From: Chrysomallon squamiferum
Taxonomy: Eukaryota; Animalia; Mollusca
Length of the DNA: 64,000 nt
Assembly: GCA_012295275.1 (NCBI GenBank)
Contig: CM022674.1
Span: forward strand, 12,276,001-12,340,000
Direction of reading: 5' to 3'
Shown one piece after another: positions 38,601 through 52,264 of this stretch. Both the position numbers and the translations under genes were made by a program. Under the pieces are notes generated by a model, which saw only the letters and a program-made list of their open reading frames with translations, searched no databases and was not told where the DNA came from. Within the stretch, counting starts at the first letter, position 1; every line of letters starts with the position of its first letter.

Positions 38601-41600
38601 GCATGTGTATATTTTTAATGTAGTATGTATTTTTGATGCTGCATGCACTTTTCATATTTTACACATTTTGATTATATTTTATATATTTTTAATGTATTTT
38701 GTATTTTTAACATACTGTGGATTTTTTAATTTGGTTTCTAGGATCTGGCGACTCGTGTGAGACAGTTAGAAGCTCATGTCACTCAGCTGAGAAATATTAT
38801 GCTGAAGACAGGAGAGACCGGAAGTGTCCCAAAGAAGAAAGAAAAATCTCAGAGAGATTTTGATTTCACCAAGTAAGACACGATACAACTTTAAATTATG
38901 TTATTTTGATTATTTATTAATGGTTTCATAGTTAAATAAATATGGCAGCATCTTCCAATTTATTCTGTAATTAATGATTTTTAATGTTTGCATAAAAGTA
39001 AATATAAGTTAATGTCTGTAATGTACATCATTTTTCTCTGTTGTACAACATTTTTCTCATTTATAAAAAAAAAAAAAATAATATTTACATTGACTGAATT
39101 TTAATTTTTTAATCTTTTAATTTTTTTTTTAATTTAAAATAATTATTTTGTCTTGCTGGCAGACGTGTTTAGTTTTTTGTTGCTGATTTATAATTTGTTG
39201 TAAATTTGCTATATCTCGGATTATCACAGATATTTTACATTTTTTAATTCAAAAACAACAATGAAATAAAATAAACAGAAGGAATAATACATTTTTCTAT
39301 TAATTGCTAATGAAAGACAAATAAAATGATCACCTTACACTAAAACTAGAAACAACTATATGGGAAAAGAATTGACAATCTATTAATGTTTCAGTATTTT
39401 TTTGATTCAGGTTTTCAACCATTTTGTTAATGAATTTCACTTGTATTTTAGGTACAACACACGTCATGTTGCACTAAAAATAGCGTACCTGGGTTGGGAC
39501 TATCATGGTTTCGTTGTCCAGGAAGACACAGAGAAAACAGTGGAATCTGCATTGTTTGATGCCTTGCTCAAAACACGTCTTATAGAGTCAAGGTATGTGT
39601 AGTATTATCTCATGTATGGCACATGTTGTGTGTGCTACTTCAGGGGAGGGGAAAGGGGGCTGCCACTGAGCACATTCTGTTAAACTTTACTTGTGTTTTT
39701 TTTTATCTGATTTTATGGTAAACATTTCTGAAAGATGATTCAATTTCAGAGCTTGCCATAGGCACTAATTTCCATAACTACTCCTCTGATGTGTTAATAT
39801 TATTACTGTTATTATTATCTTAATATTATTACTTTTATTAGTATCTTAATATTATTACTGTTATTAATATCTTAATATTATTACTGTTATTATCACTCTT
39901 GTAGTGTTAATTTTGTTGTCATGTTGAATATAAAAATTATTAAGTGTCAACAATGAAATGCTCTTTCTCTTTCTCTTTGTCTTTCTCATACACACCTGTA
40001 TGAAAATTCTGTTAATTGTTGCAGATGATATTTAAATGAGATTTTTACTGATAATAAAACAGAAGGAAAACATTGAATATAAATCAAACCAACAGGAAAA
40101 AGTTATTATCTCAGTGATTTTCTTTCTCGACTAATTAATATTATAGCTGTTTTGTGCTTGTGAATATCAGCATATATATGTGCACATATACATAGTGAAT
40201 AACTAGTTACTGTCTTTAAAATATCAGCTTTATCATGCAAAGGTTATAAAGTCTCACTGCATTTACTGTTTAACCTGAACAGAATAAAGCTGATATATTT
40301 ACCAACAGGTATCGCTTCTTTTTATGTCCTGCAGTCATAAATAATATATTGAAAAACCGATTGAAATTAATTAATTTTATTTTTAGAGAGACTTCAAATT
40401 ATCATAGATGCGGTCGAACTGACAAAGGAGTCAGTGCTTTAGGGCAGGTTGGTATTGATAAATCCTAAAATCAAATTTATTAATACATGTAATAAAAAAT
40501 TTTACTCATATTAGTAAGCAAATTAAATTATCTTGTTTTTTGGTACTTATTGGTTTTGAGCATGAGTTTTTTTGTGTGTGAAACTAATTTTGTATTCTAG
40601 ATTATTTAACGGCATTCATGAACAACAACTTTAGGAAAGTATTTAATTCAATTTAAAAATAAATTTAAAAATCATGTTAATTTTTTGTATATAAATATTA
40701 AATACATAAGAAAAAATATTTTGTCACTACTGTGAGTTCTTAAATGGCAGATTTTTGTATGAACTGCAGTTTTTGAAATCTTAACAATCTGTGTTTGTTT
40801 AATCAAGAACTGTATTTAAATTCATTTCAATATTTTTCAGTATTTGGTAATGGAAATGAGATAACAGTAAAATTGTCATGGAAAATTCTATGAATGCTTT
40901 TTATCTAGGACACTTTAGTTTGCCTGAATGTAATACCTAATTGCTGAGGTTGCAGTTAACACACACAATCTAATTATACATTTATATTTTCACAGGTAAT
41001 TTCTCTTGACCTGAGAACCAACTTGCTTGATGGACCAGGTGTGTTAAAAAAGGAAGGTGGAACTGCTCATACTAGACAAGGTTATTTTCATCCTGATATT
41101 TAGTTTTTTTAATAATAAAACATTCAGATGTTTTTCTGTTATATTTATTTTATCTTATTTTATTTTATATATATATTATTATTATTATTATTACTTCTAC
41201 TACTAAATTACTACTCTTATTATTTAAATTTATATCAGTTCAATTTTAAGGTCTTTCCTGTTAATCGTAACACTTTATTTTCCCCTGTTCCAGCCTATCT
41301 GTTGCAGCTGCAAGCTTTGTGTAACTCTTCTTGTAATGTAAAGTAATCTTGTATTATGAAATATATTGAACAAAACGTTTGTTTGTTTATTTAAAAAAAA
41401 ATTTAAGCTGTGATAGGTACGTGTTACTTCACGAGCTTTAAATGTTTCTTTTATTGCTTCTAAGAGAAATAATCAGGTAAAATTAAAATAAATAAATAAT
41501 TTAAATCTTATATTTAATACTTACTTAATTTAAGTTTCTGTTGTGTAACTACAGGTGAGAAAAGTACAGAAATTCGCTACGTCCACATACTCAACAAAGT

Positions 41601-44538
41601 GCTTCCACCTGAAATCAGAGTCTTAGCCTGGGCTCCTGTAGAAACATCCTTCAGTGCAAGGTAGACATTTTTAATAGTTTAAAATATTAATTTATTATTA
41701 TTAGAAAAATATTTTGTAGAAAAATATTTAGTGCATGGCTGATGTTTTGTTTTTTAATAGTTTAAAATATTTTAAGCATATCTGGTTTATTTTATTTATT
41801 TTTATTTTTATTTTTTTATCTCTCTTTTTTTTTTTTTTTTTTTTGTCTCTTTTGCTTTACTAAAAACATAATAATAATAATTAAAAAAAGTAGTAATAAA
41901 ATAAATAAAAGTTACCAGAAACTACAGGAGATAATGAGTCATTAAGGACAGATGATAAAAATTATAATACCCAAAACTGACTAAATATGGTTTTAATCTT
42001 TAAATGTGTTGAAATATTTTATATTATCAGATTCAGCTGCAAAAGGAGAACCTATAAGTACTTCTTTCCAAAGGGAAGCTTAGATTTAGCCGTAAGTAAT
42101 TTTATTTACATTATATCTGATTACTTTTCACAGAAATATAGCATTTAAAAATGTTAATAAACAAAATGTTTAAATGTTTCTTTTACTTAAATGTGTTTTT
42201 CAAAAACGGCCAAGAGATACATTATTATTCTTATTGAAACTAAAGACAGTGTATTTGAACTTACTTCAGAATGTAGTGCAAGGGTAGAAAATTAAGATTA
42301 TTCTTTTATGTTGTTAAAATGATGAAGTAAAACTTTGGAAAACAGCTGTATTTCTTTTTGTTTTCTAGCTGATGTGTGAAGCAGCCTCCAAACTGATTGG
42401 AGAACATGATTTTAGGAATTTGTGTAAGATGGATGTTGCTAATGGTGTGGTTAACTTCAAACGTAGAATTGTCTCAGCTGAAATCAAGCTTCTTGATGAA
42501 AGGTAATTAATTCTGCATTTATGTGTTTTGTTTTAATTCTCTAATAGTTTTATAATCTTGAACTGCCACTGTCTTGTTCAATATAATCTATTGTGTGTAA
42601 TTATTAGACCTCTGCATTTTTGTCATATTAAACATTTTCATCATTCTAACTTTACTGAAATTTATATTGCAGAGGATGTATCTTAATAGATTTCAAATTT
42701 TATTTTATTTTGTTTGGTTTTGTTTATTTATTTTTTTTTATTTTTTTATTTTTATTTTTTTATTTTTTTAACAGAAAATAGTTATAAGTATATTAATGTT
42801 TGGGTTTTTTGGGGTGGTTTTTTCACAGAGAGAATGGTTATCAGATGGTTGAGCTGACAATTGTTGGTCTTGCATTCCTCTGGCATCAGATACGTTGTAT
42901 CATGTCAGTTTTGTTGTTAGTGGGACACGGCAGAGAGCAGCCTGATGTGAGTGTTTAACAATAATCACCATCACTGCATTAAAATGTTTCATTAACAGGT
43001 CATTTATTTACATGACTGAAGAAAAAAAAATGTTACGTTAAATGTCTTTAATCTTTTAAAAGTTTGATAAAAATATTTTAAAAATAATAATAATAATAAA
43101 TTAGTCTTGTAAAATGATTTGAAGTAAAAAGGGGCTATGATGTTACAGCTTATACTTTGATCTTAGAATCAGAATCAATTTCATGAAATGGTGCTCTTAT
43201 TTATGGGGTTGTCTTGTGCTGTATATAAATGTTTCTGATTAATTTTCATACTGATACATAACTAAAAAGGGTGAACATATACCAGTAGAATAATATTACC
43301 ACATCAGTCAAATACAAATATCAACAAAACATTTAAATTCAATGATTATACTGTTAGATATTTTTCACAAACAGGAATGTAAATTTAAGATACATCTTTG
43401 TTTCACTAATGAAACTAACATGATACTTTTGAGGTTCTTGTCACTTCCACACGTCATTAAAAACATTAGGCCTATGCACATTCTACATGTGTTTCTTAGT
43501 GTGAATTAGGTATTTGTGTGGTAAGAAGCCAAACTTGATTTAACAGTGAATAGTAAATGACAGGCCTGAGGCTCGCCATTTATCATATATTTAAAAAAAT
43601 ATATATCAAGTACATTTTAATATATTTTAATTACTGTTATTTTATTTATTTTTAGATTATTGACGAATTGTTGAAAGTGGATGACCATCCAAAGAAACCC
43701 CAGTACACAATGGCTTCAGGTAACTTATTATTATTATTGCTTTTAATTTATTTATTTTATTAAAGTTTATTATTATTTTTTTTTTTTAATTAGATTGTAT
43801 ATTTAATTATTTTGACTTAAATTTATGTTTTTTTAAAGATGTATTTATTTATTTATTTATTTAATTTCAGAAATTCCACTGATGTTATATGACTGTGATT
43901 TTGGAGATGATCTTGAATGGGTTTATGAAGCAGGTCAGTTATTTTTGTTTTGTTTTGTTTTATCTTATTTCATTTCATTTTATTTCATTTCATTTTATTT
44001 TAAATTCATCCATCACAAAATTACAAAACTGTACTGAAAAAAAAGTTCTTATTATTTTACTTCATATGTAACACATAATTACTAGAAATTTTTAAATAAT
44101 ATTTTCCTAAAGTATATTGAATCTTGTTATGTTTAATTTCACACTTTTGTGAATAATTATAAAATATGACACAGTAATTATTTTAATTTCTTCCTACTTA
44201 GTAATTACTAATAAGTGTGATAGTTTGAGGTTATGTACATATATTAGTTTGATATAATTGATTGTGTGTGTAAATGTGCTTTTTTAATCTATTTACAGCA
44301 GGTTGTCTGTGATGTGTTGTGTTATTTAAAGTTGTAATTTATTTTTAGACTGGCATGAAGACAATATCAAACATTTACAGCAGATCTGGGCACAACATTC
44401 AATCAGGTATGTGATTCATTTCATATACAGCAGAAAAGAAACCAGTAATAACAAAGACACAGTTAGCAAACAAGATGTATCACATGACTCATTTGTTATT
44501 TGACGTGTCTGATTAGAGTATTCCATTGTGAGACCAAT

Positions 44539-44569
<31 letters not shown>

Positions 44570-46775
44570 TCTTGGTCAGCTGAAACAAGATAGGTTGTGG
44601 TGAATAATACCTGGGGTGGGGACTCTTGAGTAAATTGAGCAGTGAAAAATATACATACATATATATATTTTTTAAATATTTAGAAAAGGTTTACAAGATT
44701 TCGGTGTGTTTACAAATGATAGCCAAAGTGCTGTCCATTAACTTTGAGGTATTTTTCACATTGTTCTTTGAAAGTATAGGATTGCAGTGGAAATTTTGCA
44801 GTCATGCTGGCTGGGTACAAATTAACCAAGCCACCCTGTGTATTTATTATCTTTATTTTGAACTTTTTTTTTATTACTGTAATTATTTTCAATTTTAGAG
44901 CTACAATGATAAAACGAATGTTGGATCAGCTAGACACAGCAAAAGTTGAAACAGGTATGGACATGTAGATGTACTATAATTAAAAATTCATTAATTGCAG
45001 GAAAAGAAATTAATAAATTTAATTTCTATTTTTCATAAATTATATAATAAATAACGATATTCTGAACTGCTTTTGAATTCAGTTATTTTTGCTTGATTGA
45101 GGATGTACAAAAATTAATTTAAAATTTTTTTTAGTACCTCTCCCCTCTCCACACATATATAGGTTTTTTATTCTTTATGTATAAATATATATACTTGATT
45201 ATTTCCTGATATGCAAACACATATTCATAACCCAGTTGAATCAGTTACATTTAGAATACATTTTACAACATTTATTGTAAAAAATAAAGAGCCGATTTTT
45301 AAGAAAAGAACTTGTCAAACAACTATTTTAGAAACAAACACAGGAAAATAAAAATCGTGTACACTACCAAAGTATTAATTCACGTGACTTTTAAAAAAAA
45401 AATTATTTAATAATATATATTTATATATTTATATATATTTTTTTCTTTTTCTTTCTTTCTTTCTTTCTTTCTTTTTTTTTAAAATGTTTTAGTTTTATTT
45501 TTAATTTTATTATTATTTTTTTTTTTTAGAGTCAGATATTGCTCCGTGGAATGAACTGAGTGCTCCGATACTACAGCAGTCTGACTGGCTCATTCCAGGC
45601 AACAAGCCACGAGTCTATAAACCTCTGTTACAACGAGACACATGTGGTTAGTAAAACCTTTCTGTATCACAGACAATTTATTACACGTTAAAATTATTAA
45701 TCCAGCATCATCAGGATCCATAATATGCCTGATAAATGATTTTGCCAGATAACTGATTGTTAACTCATTTAGGCCAACAGCTAACCACTTTAAAATATCC
45801 TCTAAATCAGTACGTGTTTGGTTAAAGAAGGAAAAAACAAAATTAAATGAAAGAATGAAGTGAGATTTTAATGAAATAGAGGTAAAATAAAGGTAATATA
45901 ATAAAATAAAGGTTACAGGTAATTCTGTAATTATGTTGATTTATATAAGAAACTTCATCACTTCCGCTTCCAAAATGAGAGAAGAAATTTGAAATTGCTG
46001 TAGTGGAAATTTTTAACAGAAAATCAACCTGTCTTAAAGTGATGACAAATAAACAGTGCCAGACATTCTCAAGCCACAGATAACTTCATTTTTGTGTCAG
46101 TAAAAGATTTTGGGATGCAGAATCGTTAATTATGTTTTTGTTGAAGAGTCTTTTGGATTCAGATAATTATTAAAATTAACACATAAGCCAAATGTGAGTC
46201 AACACTTGTACTTTGGTTAATAAAAGTAATTTTTGTTTTTTTTGGTTGGGTATGTGTATTGTCATCAGTGATGAAAATTCACATACCTTTTATTGCTGCT
46301 GTGATTTTTTTCTTAGTTTTCAATTTATTATGTTAAAGGTTCGTGTATAGTAACTACCATACAGCTACGTTAATAACTGGAATAACCAGTAATAATTATA
46401 TTTTTCACAGTTTTGAGTGTGCAAGTTTCCATGCAGCTAAAATAATAAAGAGTATTATTAATTTAAAAAGTTATGTTTGTAACTAATTCCATAAAATTAA
46501 ATAATATAGTAATAATTTTATATTGTGATAAATACAACTTGCATACAACTAAATAATGTAGCTAATGTAAAATACATTACAATAAATAAGCACTTCCAGT
46601 GAGTAAAGTAGCCTGTTATAATTTTATATAATTTTGATCAGTAACTAAAAACCAGAGTTTATTTATTTATTTTATTAATGTTTCAGAGAGCCTTGAAGAC
46701 AAAATACAACATTTTGCAAAGAGAAGGAAAATGGCTCATCCTATGAACTCGAGTGGGTCAAATGGTGGAACATGA
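32139..46775 (+). CDS. PUS3: tRNA pseudouridine(38/39) synthase, TruA family (Deg1/PUS3 ortholog), ~453 aa, 15 exons
   Basis: Motifs MSREDLATRVRQLEAHVTQLRN, RHVALKIAYLGWDYHGF, catalytic YHRCGRTDKGVSALGQV, ILNKVLPPEIRVLAW, FSARFSC..RTYKYFF, GEHDFRNLCK, AFLWHQIRCIM and KPQYTMAS. Exons 32139-32216, 38742-38872, 39452-39592, 40387-40447, 40996-41080, 41555-41660, 42031-42091, 42369-42502, 42829-42946, 43656-43719, 43871-43933, 44349-44406, 44899-44954, 45530-45646, 46687-46775 (1362 nt). Confidence 0.95.
34670..36263 (+). CDS. Nested two-exon ORF in PUS3 intron 1: Cys/His-rich putative GCM/WRKY-like zinc DNA-binding domain with a Ser/Pro-rich and acidic tail (~385 aa if it reads to its own stop)
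   Basis: Exon A 34670-34982 (ends CCA G|gtacag, phase 1) joins exon B at 35419 (ttgtag|GG) in frame: ...LYCSGAGTCKRGCGGYGHCLPGCEKIKVRGHKCSFRVKMTMRLGYIDFWYVEVLGDHSNY... The frames are long, uninterrupted and GC-elevated within an AT-rich intron. The 3' end is ambiguous: stop at 36263 or donor after 36134. Confidence 0.8.
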
Positions 46776-49700
46776 GTTTTTTCCTCTGGCCAGTACAGTT
46801 GCGTACTTTCTTCTTGTTGATTGTGCAGGCAGAAAACAAGGCTTCCATATTTTTGGTGCATGCAGACGTGGCATTCATGTTACATGCCATAGACTTCCAC
46901 TTTCTAGTGCTTTATTTCAATTTACATTTTACTGAAGAAAGACAAAAAGAAGCTAAGCTGTAGACAGGCAGTCTTTCTGTTGTTGTTTTTTTAATTATTA
47001 TTTATAAGTATAATTTCCAGCCTGTCTGTTTTATTAATTTATTTTGCAGTCTTGTTTTACAGATATTTTAAAAAGTAATTATTATTACAAAGAGACAAAA
47101 AAATTCAGTTTTAAATAAAAAATTGTTAATGTTATAAAATCATAAAATTGTTTTAGGTTGATATTTGTTTTTGGCTTTAAATTTCTCTATTTTGTAATAT
47201 TATTTTGACATACTGTTTCATATTTATATTTGTTAGATTAAATATCCAGCTTAATAAAGCTGTTTTATTTCAGAAAAAGAAGAAAAAAATTATTCAAATA
47301 AACATTTAGAGAATGAATACAGATATATAATAAGATATTAAAATAATTATTCATATGTCAGGTTTTTTTAAAATGTCAGATTTTGTTAAACACTTCTCAA
47401 AGTGAACCATATTGTGTTAACAGGGTCTATGTTAAATTTATTGTTGTTTTATTTTGTGCCAGTATTTTTGTCACTGAACCAAGTGCTTATTTCATCATCT
47501 TGTGACAGTCAGTATCTGTCGTTGTTTGGTGCATTGTTTAAAATACTATCTAGTCATTTTTGAGGGTCAGTGTGCAGATTTTCTATTGCTATTATGTACT
47601 ATATGGGCTGAGAAGTGAGTTCTTTTAACAAGATTTTCTGGTGTGAAACCTGATTTTTATTTATTTATTTTTTTAAATCTTTCTCTTAAATTTAATTGTT
47701 GAATTTGTTCGGTGAATCCCACCTTTGAAAGAAAAGATACTCTAAAGATGTGTTTTTAAATTTGTTAGAAAATCCTGAATAATTTCATCATCATTTTAAA
47801 CAAGGTTCTGTTTTCTTTGAAAATATGGTTACACGAGTTGTCTCCCTTTACTCTTTTTACCATCAAACATTTAAAAATTAAAAAAAAAAATTAATTACAG
47901 ATATTTCTAAACTATTATTAATATTAATATTGTTAACAAGGAAACATAGGGGAATATTCAATTAATTATAATAAATATAATTTTTAAAAATAATTATATT
48001 AAAAATCTTATTTCAGCCCAGAAAATCTTCTTCTTTTTTTGAATCTGCATACAAGTTTTGATAATTTTTAATTCCTTTGTTATCATTATGTGTAAATAGA
48101 AGCTGTAAAGTTTGGCAGGTATATCATATACATGTGTCTTCCGAAACTTCAATATTTTATACACAAGTGTATATATATATTAAATGTTACAGTGTTTTTG
48201 TGGGGTAACTGTCAGTTTGTTGATGCTGTTGGTGTGGTTTCATGGGTTGCAGATCGCACATACATTTCTAGTCTTGATTTTTGATCTGGTAACATGTTTT
48301 ATTTGATATTTACCTGTTGGTGGTTTGAACATATAGTCTAAAATATATTTTGAATACTTCGTAGTAATTCTTCTAGCACCTAGTCTTTGCTAATAATCAA
48401 GTATAACAGTAAACATAACAAAGACACGAATATGAGGATTTGTGGTGCTTGTCATGTCTTAGATGTGAAGGAAAAAATCCTTATTGCACACACATACTGT
48501 AAACACATAAACAAAAGGGAAAACATTCACTTTTAATTTTAACCACCAGTGATAAAATTTAGATTTTAATTGTTAATGATTTAGTAGTTGTAGAATTTCT
48601 AATCATGGGTAAACAAATTTAGATTAATTTAAATATATTAGTATATACGTATGAAATAATAATCTTAACTGTTATTAATTTGAATCATTGTTAGACTTCA
48701 AAATAGTTAGTCATTGCACTGTAGATTTGTTAGATAGCATAGAGGTTTGGAATAATAATCTTAACTATTATTAACTTCACTGGAAGAACTTCATTTTTTG
48801 TACAGTTAAGAATTATTAGCTTCTGTGAATTTCTAATCATGATAAAACAAATTAAGACTAAGAAAAATATTAGTATAAAGGTCTGAAACAATAATAATCT
48901 TGACTATTATTGACTTCACTGGATAAACTTCATTCTTCATGGACTTCAGAATCACAGATCTATTTGCTAATGTGGTATCATAATGGCTTCAAAATCAGAA
49001 ATATTTAGTTTAAATTATGGAGAATTTGTCTCAGAATGTGTCCTTATTTTAAATTTGATAGAAACTAACAAGTTTACTTTGTGCAATTATGAAGACAAAA
49101 GAAATGGTGTAAGATTATATTAACTGATGTATGTTAGTTTTTCAAATGTAATTACAAATATCAGCACATGATAGCATTTAACATCAGTATGTGATACTCA
49201 TAAGCACAATTTATTAAAAAACATTTCATTATTAAATGAGTTATCTAGACAGTCAATAATAATAATAATAATGATAGGTTATTCGTATTACTCAAATTAT
49301 ATTAAAACCTTTTTAAGGTTTGTAAATAGAGATTATTATTTAAGCTAAATGCTTGATATTATATTACTTACTGCAGTATTTCTCAGTTTTACAAGCTATG
49401 CCCAAGAAAGAGACTGTGGCTGTACAGTAGTGAAGATGATGATGTAGTGTTACTCACTGCAGTATTTTTTTTATTTATTTCATGTTTATATTGTCTGTTT
49501 TGTTATTTGAAGACATTAAGTTCATAACAGTATTTACATCTGAGTATTTGTCTGATTCCAGTATTGATACTGATAACAGTTACTGCAAGTTCATTAGTAT
49601 TTGAATATTTGCAAGTTTTATTACATGTTTAATATCCTGGATACATTCTTTCAGATTTAATTTATTAGTAATGATGGTAAATTAGTTGGGAAAAAATAAC

Positions 49701-52219
49701 ATCCAGAGCTATGGTACATATTTCTAATTATTTTTATTTGTGCCAGTTTTAGTATTAAAATGTTCTCTGTTTCTGTTAACATTTTGTAGAAATTATCACT
49801 CATGCAGGTGTTACATTCAGACAAAGTATTAAAGTATTTTTTCAGTGGCTAGCATCAGTTATGTCTTCAGTCAGAATGTAATGCTGTAATACTTGATTTA
49901 ATGTAATACTGTAATACTTGATTGAATGTAATATGGTTTCACTGATTAAAACTATGATAGAATCACATACTACCAGCTCCTGTTTGTTAACCATGTAGAA
50001 CTGAAATAACTAAACATCTATTGTTTGTAAATAATCTCCTGTCTTTTTAACACTGTAAAACACAGAAAAATCTATTTTCCTGACTTTGTGTGCTTACAAA
50101 AGGAATACGTAAACCCTCAATGGGTATCTTAGAATTGTTCAAACTAATTAGCTCTGTAAATAAAAAAATTTACATTAAGTGCCAATGACCAGATATTAAT
50201 AAATTTAGTGCTAAATTGAAATAATTATAAACATTACAAGAAATTAATTTTTGAAATTTGTAATGTTTATATCTTTGAGGGCTGTTGAATTAAAAAATTA
50301 TTTTGCAGTGCATGTTTTATTTATATTGTATTAATAGCTTTTTTTCTTAACTCACAAAAAGTAAACATTATTCTAAACTTGTTTATAGGTTTTAATTAAT
50401 TTTATGTGTGAAATGTTTATGTATATCTGTTATAGTCATTTTATACTCATAGGAAGACTTTATATTTTATAAATGTGTTTATTAGATGTCTTCCAAGAAT
50501 CTAGTTTCTGTTTACAACTAAAGCCTTAAATAAAATTCATAACAATAATATACCACAAAAAAATTCAAATTTAGGTATTGAAAATCAAATATCTTGTCTT
50601 ACATTAAATCAAAGATTTATACTTGAAAAATAAATTTGCCAATAATGTATAAATTTATTTATCTTCCGAAAATAGGATCTTCCATCAGTTTCTAAAATCA
50701 TTAGCTGTGTGACAGTCCAGAAGTTTTATTTTACATTTAGTGACATTTGTAAAAAAAAAAAAATGTTATTTTCCATACTGTATTGAAGCAATATTAACTC
50801 TTTAAGTGTCAACAGAATAAATTTTAAATTAAAGTAAAAAAAGAAGAAAAATGACAAGACAATTATATTGTTTACTCCTTGGACAATACTTGTGCCATAA
50901 ATATAATAACATTATCTTCAAGTTCAACAGAAATTTAACTGCAAGTAATTTATCAAAACAAACAACTGAATTCAGTTTAAATTCAGTACCTTTACAACTA
51001 CAAAGAAGTTATATATAAAAAGGGGAAAAACAAAAAATGAGAAATAATAGTGATACTTACTGGGTTTAATTGATAAATGCTGTTTCTCAAGTATGAAAGT
51101 TTTTGTTTGCTTTCAAATTAATATTGCAGAGTAATCAAATTCTGGCTTTGGAAAGCAATGTAGTTTCTGGCTTTTGTGCTTGTTAGGTGCTGGAATATTC
51201 ACAAGATACAAATATATTTAAAATATTGTTTTATCTGTAGTTGTCAGTAGATTTATACCTCAGATATTTTTCAACACGAGTATTGTTACCTATAAAACTG
51301 AAATGAAAACTAATACATATATATCTATAATATATATATATATATAACCTGTTGTTACTTTGTTCTGTATATTATCTTTACTGAAGCTATTAGCTTAAGA
51401 GATCTTCCATATATTGCGTATTATACATACATAGATTGCTTTTATTATTATTATTATTATATGTTAAAAACATTTCAGTGCCAAACTCCTATTTAACATA
51501 CGATATTAAAGTTATTATATAGATTATAAAAAGATAAACATAGCTAAATACTCAAATCTAGTCTTCATATATAGTTACTATTGTCATCTAGTCATTTGAC
51601 ATTTACTGTGTATTATTGTTTTAATGGTGTGTTGGTTTTGTGTATTTTGTCGTATGATTCTTGTTGCAGTTTGCTTGAAATATAATTATAAGCTCCTAGT
51701 ATGTGGCACAATGTACAAGAAAAAAAAAAAAAAAAAAAAATTCTTTGACCACTTCAAATCTATCAAATGTAATTATTGTAACAGTAAACCATTACCAACA
51801 ATTTTACTTTTAAATAACTGATAAAATAGTATCTGATATTAATTAAAGGAGCTAATTAATTCTCTATGATTATTATTATTATTATCATCATCTCTCTACC
51901 CAACTATTTGGTATTGAAATTAAATTCAAAGAACATTCTACCAAATAAAAAGACATAATCCAAAAGAAATCCTGTTAAATCTTTTAATGATGTTTTAAAA
52001 ATATTTTATATTTTCATATTTTGATAATCCATGGTATATGATTTTATTCAACAAATGGTTATTTCGTATTAAACATAAATTATGGTCTTGAATGTCTAAA
52101 ACCATTTTCTTTTACAATACAATATGTGAAGTAGAAAAGCATTTCCCATCAGGTCTGAATTATTATTACTGTCATTATTATTCTTATTCTTATTCTTATT
52201 CTTATTCTTATTCTTATTC

Positions 52220-52264
<45 letters not shown>

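Noticed and set aside
46030-46320. C-box-like GTGATGA motifs in the last PUS3 intron (possible snoRNA)
   Set aside because: No suitably placed CTGA D box or terminal stem was found.
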